Origin: Candidatus Poribacteria bacterium
GTDB taxonomy: Bacteria; Poribacteria; WGA-4E; WGA-3G
NCBI GenBank assembly: GCA_965214095.1
Contig: OZ243938.1
Coordinates: 2,752,001-2,816,000, forward strand
Reading direction: 5' to 3'
DNA: 64,000 nucleotides
The translations under genes and the position numbers were made by a program. Within the stretch, counting starts at the first letter, position 1. Each line of letters opens with the position of its first letter. The notes below the pieces were generated by a model, which saw only the letters and a program-made list of their open reading frames with translations, did not search any database and was not told the origin of the DNA. Below, in pieces: positions 59,491 through 64,000 of the stretch.

Positions 59491-61002
59491 ATGGATAAGA
59501 CCAGACCGAATATTTTACTTATCACAAGCGACCAACAACATTGGAACACATTGGGTTGCCTTAACCCTGAGATACAGACACCGCACTTAGATGCATTAGC
59601 ACAAGATGGCACGCTTTTCCAAAGAGCCTATTGTCCAAACCCAACATGCACCCCAACCCGCGCCTCAATCATCACAGGAAAATACCCGAGTCAACACGGT
59701 GCGTGGTCACTCGGCACGAAACTATTGGAAAGTGAACATACTGTCGGTGAAGATTTTACAGATGCTGGTTACCGCACTAGCTTAGTCGGAAAGGCACATT
59801 TCCAACCGTTGCATGGATCAGATGAATTCCCTTCGCTGGAATCCTATCCTATCCTACAAGACTTAGATTTTTGGCGTAATTTCAATGAAACCTTCTACGG
59901 ATTTGAACATGTGGAATTGGCACGTAACCATGCTGATGAAGCACACGTCGGACAGCATTACGCTATATGGATGGAAGAAAACGGATGCACCAATTGGCGT
60001 GATTACTTCGCACCACCGACAGGCAATGCTCGTGGACAATACCACAAATGGCCAATTCCTGAAGAATATCACTACGATACATGGATCGCTGAACGCACGA
60101 ATGCACTGATGGAAGAATATCAACAGAACGATGAGAACTTTTTCCTATGGGCAAGTTTCTTTGATCCACATCCGAAATATCTCGTGCCAGAACCTTGGGA
60201 TACGATGTATGACCCAGCATCGTTGACGGTGCCTTCCGTTACAGAAGGAGAGCATGACAAAAATCCACCTCACTTTCAAATGACACAACAACAGAAACCG
60301 GATTTCTCCGCGTGGCGTGAGACAGGGAAAGGGGTTCACGGATTCAGATCACATCTAAGGGATCGGGATGCACTCGCAGCAGATATTGCTGTCTATTACG
60401 GTATGGTTAGCCTGATGGATAAGTATATCGGCAAAATCATGGGTAAACTTGACGAACTTGGTCTTGCAGATAATACTTTGGTTGTATTTACCTCTGATCA
60501 TGGACATTTTTACGGACAGCACGGTCTGATTGCTAAGGGCGCGTTCCATTATGAAGATGTTATCAAAGTGCCGTTTATCGTGCGATATCCGGGAGTTGTG
60601 CCAGCAGGAGAACAATCTGATGCGTTGCAAACTTTAGTAGACTTAGCACCTTCGTTCCTGAGTGCTGCGGGGATTGACATACCGCTTCCGATGACAGGTG
60701 TGGATCAGACTGCTGTTTGGTATGGTCAAGAGGAACAAGCGCGTGACCATATCATCGTTGAAAATCATCACGAACCTACGACGGTTCACGTTAAGACTTA
60801 TGTCAATGACCGATATAAGCTTACCGTCTATTACAACCGCGAATATGGTGAGTTGTTTGACATGCAAGAGGATCCGGGAGAGATTAACAATCTCTGGAAC
60901 TCAACTGAACACGCCGATTTGAAGGCAGATTTGGTGATGAAACTGCTGTTTGCGGAAATGGGTAAAGAAGTGCTGCCAATGCCACGTACATCTGGGGCAT
61001 AA
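59491..61002 (+). CDS. Cys-type sulfatase
   Basis: PNILLITSDQ, CTPTRASIITG, GKAH, FTSDHG, KVPFI. Confidence 0.93.
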   Translation: MDKTRPNILLITSDQQHWNTLGCLNPEIQTPHLDALAQDGTLFQRAYCPNPTCTPTRASIITGKYPSQHGAWSLGTKLLESEHTVGEDFTDAGYRTSLVGKAHFQPLHGSDEFPSLESYPILQDLDFWRNFNETFYGFEHVELARNHADEAHVGQHYAIWMEENGCTNWRDYFAPPTGNARGQYHKWPIPEEYHYDTWIAERTNALMEEYQQNDENFFLWASFFDPHPKYLVPEPWDTMYDPASLTVPSVTEGEHDKNPPHFQMTQQQKPDFSAWRETGKGVHGFRSHLRDRDALAADIAVYYGMVSLMDKYIGKIMGKLDELGLADNTLVVFTSDHGHFYGQHGLIAKGAFHYEDVIKVPFIVRYPGVVPAGEQSDALQTLVDLAPSFLSAAGIDIPLPMTGVDQTAVWYGQEEQARDHIIVENHHEPTTVHVKTYVNDRYKLTVYYNREYGELFDMQEDPGEINNLWNSTEHADLKADLVMKLLFAEMGKEVLPMPRTSGA

Positions 61003-61009
61003 TAGCATT

Positions 61010-61155
61010 ATAGTGAAATGTAAAAAGACGTGCACATTCCTCGGTAGATGTGGTTTCCTAACCGCATCTATGAAACCGAACCGGCTTTGTGCCAAATACC
61101 TTCTTAGAGGTTCTCGCATAGGATCCGGTTCGGTTAGGAAACCGAACCTACCGGA
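61010..61155. repeat. REP/MITE composite sharing its core with 23942-24140
   Basis: TATAGTGAAAT end; GGCTTTGTG.CAAATACCTTC.TAGAGGTTCTCGC.TAGGATCCGGTTCGGTTAGGAAACCGAACCTACC. Confidence 0.75.
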
Positions 61156-61167
61156 CAATTACAAGAC

Positions 61168-61983
61168 TTAGTAACGTCGTCTCCAATGCCAACTGTCACT
61201 ACCTGAGATAAGCGGTCGGATTTCTTCAGGAAGGGTTTCTATAAAATCGGGACTTACCTCGTTACCAGGCCATTCCCTTACCATCGGTGGTGTATAACCT
61301 GCGATAAGTATAACCCTTTCATTATCACTACGGATCGCAGTAGTGCTGTGAACAAGCGACTCCGCGAAAAGCAGGACTGAACCCGCAGATGCTTCAACCT
61401 GATGGATCAGACTATCATCAGATAAGGCTGCCTCTATCATCTCGCTCTGATTCCATGTGAGTCGGTGGCTTCCGGGAATAACACATGTCCCACCATCATC
61501 AGGACCGACATCGGTAAGGTATGCGAGGGTCTTTACAAAGATGCAGTGGAACTTGTTCTGTTCCATATATGTTCCCCAACCGTGCTGTGTGCCACGATGG
61601 AATCCGGTTGGGTTGTAACGGCGTTTGAATAGTTCATCTATATCAGCATCCGCACTCCGCTTATTGATTACCGCTTCGGTTTCCTCAAGCCGTACTCCTC
61701 CGCCTACCACTTCTTCAACTAACGGAACGAGTTTAGGATGTGCTGCATATTCTAATAGTGCAGGATCGTATTCAACAAGATTTCCCATGTGCGCATGATG
61801 TTCACCCCGCCAATTGAGATAGACTCTTGTACCATCAAGGTTTCCACTGTCTTTGATCCTATAAAGTGCCTCTTTTATTCTCTTGATTTCATCATCAGTA
61901 AGAACATTCTCAAGCAGAACGAAGCCGTATATATCAAAGTGTAGCCTTTGTGCTGATGTTAGACTAACTGTATCACTATTCAC
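61168..61983 (-). CDS. PhyH-family dioxygenase
   Basis: FDIYGFVLLENVL, YLTDVGPDDGGT.VIPGSH, AGSVLLF.ESLVHS; GTG start 61983 inferred. Confidence 0.85.
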   Translation of the reverse strand: MNSDTVSLTSAQRLHFDIYGFVLLENVLTDDEIKRIKEALYRIKDSGNLDGTRVYLNWRGEHHAHMGNLVEYDPALLEYAAHPKLVPLVEEVVGGGVRLEETEAVINKRSADADIDELFKRRYNPTGFHRGTQHGWGTYMEQNKFHCIFVKTLAYLTDVGPDDGGTCVIPGSHRLTWNQSEMIEAALSDDSLIHQVEASAGSVLLFAESLVHSTTAIRSDNERVILIAGYTPPMVREWPGNEVSPDFIETLPEEIRPLISGSDSWHWRRRY

Positions 61984-62809
61984 TGTTGTTCTCCTCTTCA
62001 TTGTCTTCTAAATCGTTCTCTTCATCGTCTTTTATATCGTCCTCCGCATCTTTATCTTCACAATATTTTTCTATAAATTCTTTAAGTTTTTTCTTGAGTT
62101 CCTTGGAAATTGGGTAACTATCTATTTCTTCCAAGATTTCCTGGCAAGTTTTGCCACTTTCTATAAGTTTGATTAAAACCGCTGGGAATACTTGTTCAAA
62201 CCCAAATCTAGCAAGCATCTGTGCGATAAATGCCAAAACAAGTAAAGTAGCGATGCCACCAAGCATTCCAAATGGACCAATAGCGGCAAGAGAAGCAGTT
62301 ATTGCAGCTGCACCATAGAAAGGAGAAGCAGCCATTACAACCACCAATACAAGTCCAGGAACTCCCAATCCAGCAAGTATTTCTGCTACTTTGTCAAGTG
62401 GAATGTTATCTTTGCTTTGTTTTTTTACTTCTTCAATAAGATCTCGTACTTCTTCAATTGAAGGAATAGACTCTTTCAACTTCTGAAGTAAGTTTCTCAA
62501 ATCCAACCACCATTCACCTATAGAATGGAAGACATTTTGCATATCTGGCATCTGTGCTTTGATTATAGATTGTATAGCATCTGTCAGTTCCTGGATTGCC
62601 TTCCACAATTCATCCAATTTTGCTTTTCCTGCACTGAGGATAGCACGTAGAACCCTTTTCAACTCCCTTATGACTTGGTTTGGATTCGGTATTCGTTCTT
62701 TGTCCATAGAACGAATTGATCTTATCAACTTACGAAAAGCTTTTATTAGTTCTTGTCCCATTTTACCTGCAATGCGTACTAAGTTTTTCAGAAATTGCCG
62801 CCACTTCAT
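61976..62809 (-). CDS. Hypothetical protein: amphipathic helical N-terminus, Gly/Ala-rich membrane hairpin, acidic tail
   Basis: AGGAG RBS before ATG 62809; LAGLGVPGLVL...GAAAITASLAAIGPFGMLGG. Confidence 0.65.
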   Translation of the reverse strand: MKWRQFLKNLVRIAGKMGQELIKAFRKLIRSIRSMDKERIPNPNQVIRELKRVLRAILSAGKAKLDELWKAIQELTDAIQSIIKAQMPDMQNVFHSIGEWWLDLRNLLQKLKESIPSIEEVRDLIEEVKKQSKDNIPLDKVAEILAGLGVPGLVLVVVMAASPFYGAAAITASLAAIGPFGMLGGIATLLVLAFIAQMLARFGFEQVFPAVLIKLIESGKTCQEILEEIDSYPISKELKKKLKEFIEKYCEDKDAEDDIKDDEENDLEDNEEENNSE

Positions 62810-62827
62810 AGTATTTCTCCTGTGAAT

Positions 62828-63102
62828 TATAGTGAAATCTATAATTACTTGCACACAATTGTAGCGCAAACTGCATGAAGATTAACAAATAAATAGGGTA
62901 ATTTCCTTGAGAAGTCCGGTGCGGTTAGGAAACCGCACCTACCGGGTTTGGGAAAATGAGAATTACCCGTTTAATAAATTAATCTTCATCCAGTTTGCGT
63001 ACACTACTGCACAAACTGGCAGTTTGTGCTACGGCACAGTCTAGTCCGTTAGTTTAGGTCTCACGTACCAAAAGTGTGCATATATTTTTGTATTTCACTA
63101 TA
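62828..63102. mobile_element. Nested MITE/REP composite
   Basis: Outer TATAGTGAAAT/ATTTCACTATA; inner ATGAAGATTAA/TTAATCTTCAT splitting a REP; innermost family-A REP. Confidence 0.75.
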
Positions 63103-63183
63103 ACATATAGATGCAGGGTTTACCTATACCTATTCCATTCTAATTCTATTTGTTCAAGGACAGTGGAGAACAGGAATTACTAA

Positions 63184-63978
63184 CTACCTATTGGTTATGA
63201 ATGGTGATTTGAGGTGTCCCCAAACGGTCGTCAGTTTTTTAGTGGGTTCAACAGCAAGGTTTAACGGTTCGTCTCCTTCATAGACAAGCAAATCATCTAC
63301 ATATCCAGGAGCGGCGATAGTATAGACATGGAAAGAAACCCATTTTGGGACTTGGAACTCTGCAGCATTTCGGAATGGAAGTCCTTTTTTGCCTTTGTCT
63401 CTGAGAGCTTCATTTCTATCATCGCCAGCATAGAAATCAAACTTGCTTTTACTAACATCGGCGACAACACGGACATATCTCCATTCATCTGTTTCAAAGT
63501 CGTCAATAGGTTGCCATGCAGCACCATTAAAGAGACGTACCATATCCGCATTCCAATTGATGTAAACAGAACCGTTATTTTGCGCATGGTTTTCGGAAGA
63601 TACAATCCTGAAATTAAAGGATCTTCCGCCACTCCTAATGTAAACCCAAAACTCAACGGTAATAACGGAATTTTCAGTTTCAATTGGGATGCCGACTCTA
63701 TCGTCATCTGCACCTCCTAAGATTCCGAGCGATTTTTTGTCTGTTTTAACGACATCATCTGTTACTTCAAGCATATTTCCTCTAATGTCCCAATCAGCTG
63801 GTGGTTTCCCCAGAGATTCTTTTTCGAATCCAGTTTGAAGAAATACCTCTTGCGCAATTGCCGTTTGTAGTAAAATGGAACTTAATGCAAAGACAGTAAC
63901 TAATGCAAGGCATACCAGAAGATGCGTGTTTTGTGCGGCGATTGATACTGAGTTGAAGCGATTCTGTTGGTGCTTCAT
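63184..63978 (-). CDS. Secreted beta-sandwich (LamG/lectin-like) protein with a Poribacteria-type C-terminal motif
   Basis: Signal peptide ending AIA-Q; YVDDLLVY then LAVEPTKKLTTVWGHLK. Confidence 0.7.
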   Translation of the reverse strand: MKHQQNRFNSVSIAAQNTHLLVCLALVTVFALSSILLQTAIAQEVFLQTGFEKESLGKPPADWDIRGNMLEVTDDVVKTDKKSLGILGGADDDRVGIPIETENSVITVEFWVYIRSGGRSFNFRIVSSENHAQNNGSVYINWNADMVRLFNGAAWQPIDDFETDEWRYVRVVADVSKSKFDFYAGDDRNEALRDKGKKGLPFRNAAEFQVPKWVSFHVYTIAAPGYVDDLLVYEGDEPLNLAVEPTKKLTTVWGHLKSPFITNR

Positions 63979-64000
63979 TTTTTCTCCTTATATCATGCTT

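Overview
A 64-kb chromosomal window of a diderm bacterium, probably Candidatus Poribacteria (inferred from the C-terminal AVEPxxKLTTxWGxLK motif at the window end, several PhyH dioxygenases, and sulfatase and DUF1552/DUF1592 genes). Core content is tig-clpP-clpX-lon, six tRNA genes, rnpB, nrdJ, purD, pdxA, an lpxL-like and a ctpA-like gene, a 2160-aa C25/PorU-like protein and many catabolic enzymes. The intergenic DNA is dense with GTAG-class REPs and nested MITEs. Three signals stand out that the ORF track does not show. (1) A signal-peptide-bearing, probable outer-membrane beta-barrel gene (11555-10440, minus strand) has two in-frame TGA codons forming a U-G-A-U (CxxC-like) motif, followed by a SECIS-like hairpin: a candidate double-selenocysteine protein. 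(2) A sigma54 promoter, a structured ~214-nt transcript and an intrinsic terminator (56227-56014, minus strand) lie divergent from a sigma54 activator that lacks a regulatory domain, with three candidate enhancer repeats between them: a candidate new sRNA module. (3) An IS607 element carries a TnpB with pro-Fanzor-like hallmarks (DPG, shifted RuvC-II Glu, a long N-terminal extension overprinted on tnpA) and no Zn-finger cysteines, while its tnpA has a 1-nt frameshift. All calls come from reading the sequence by eye; no database searches were run.
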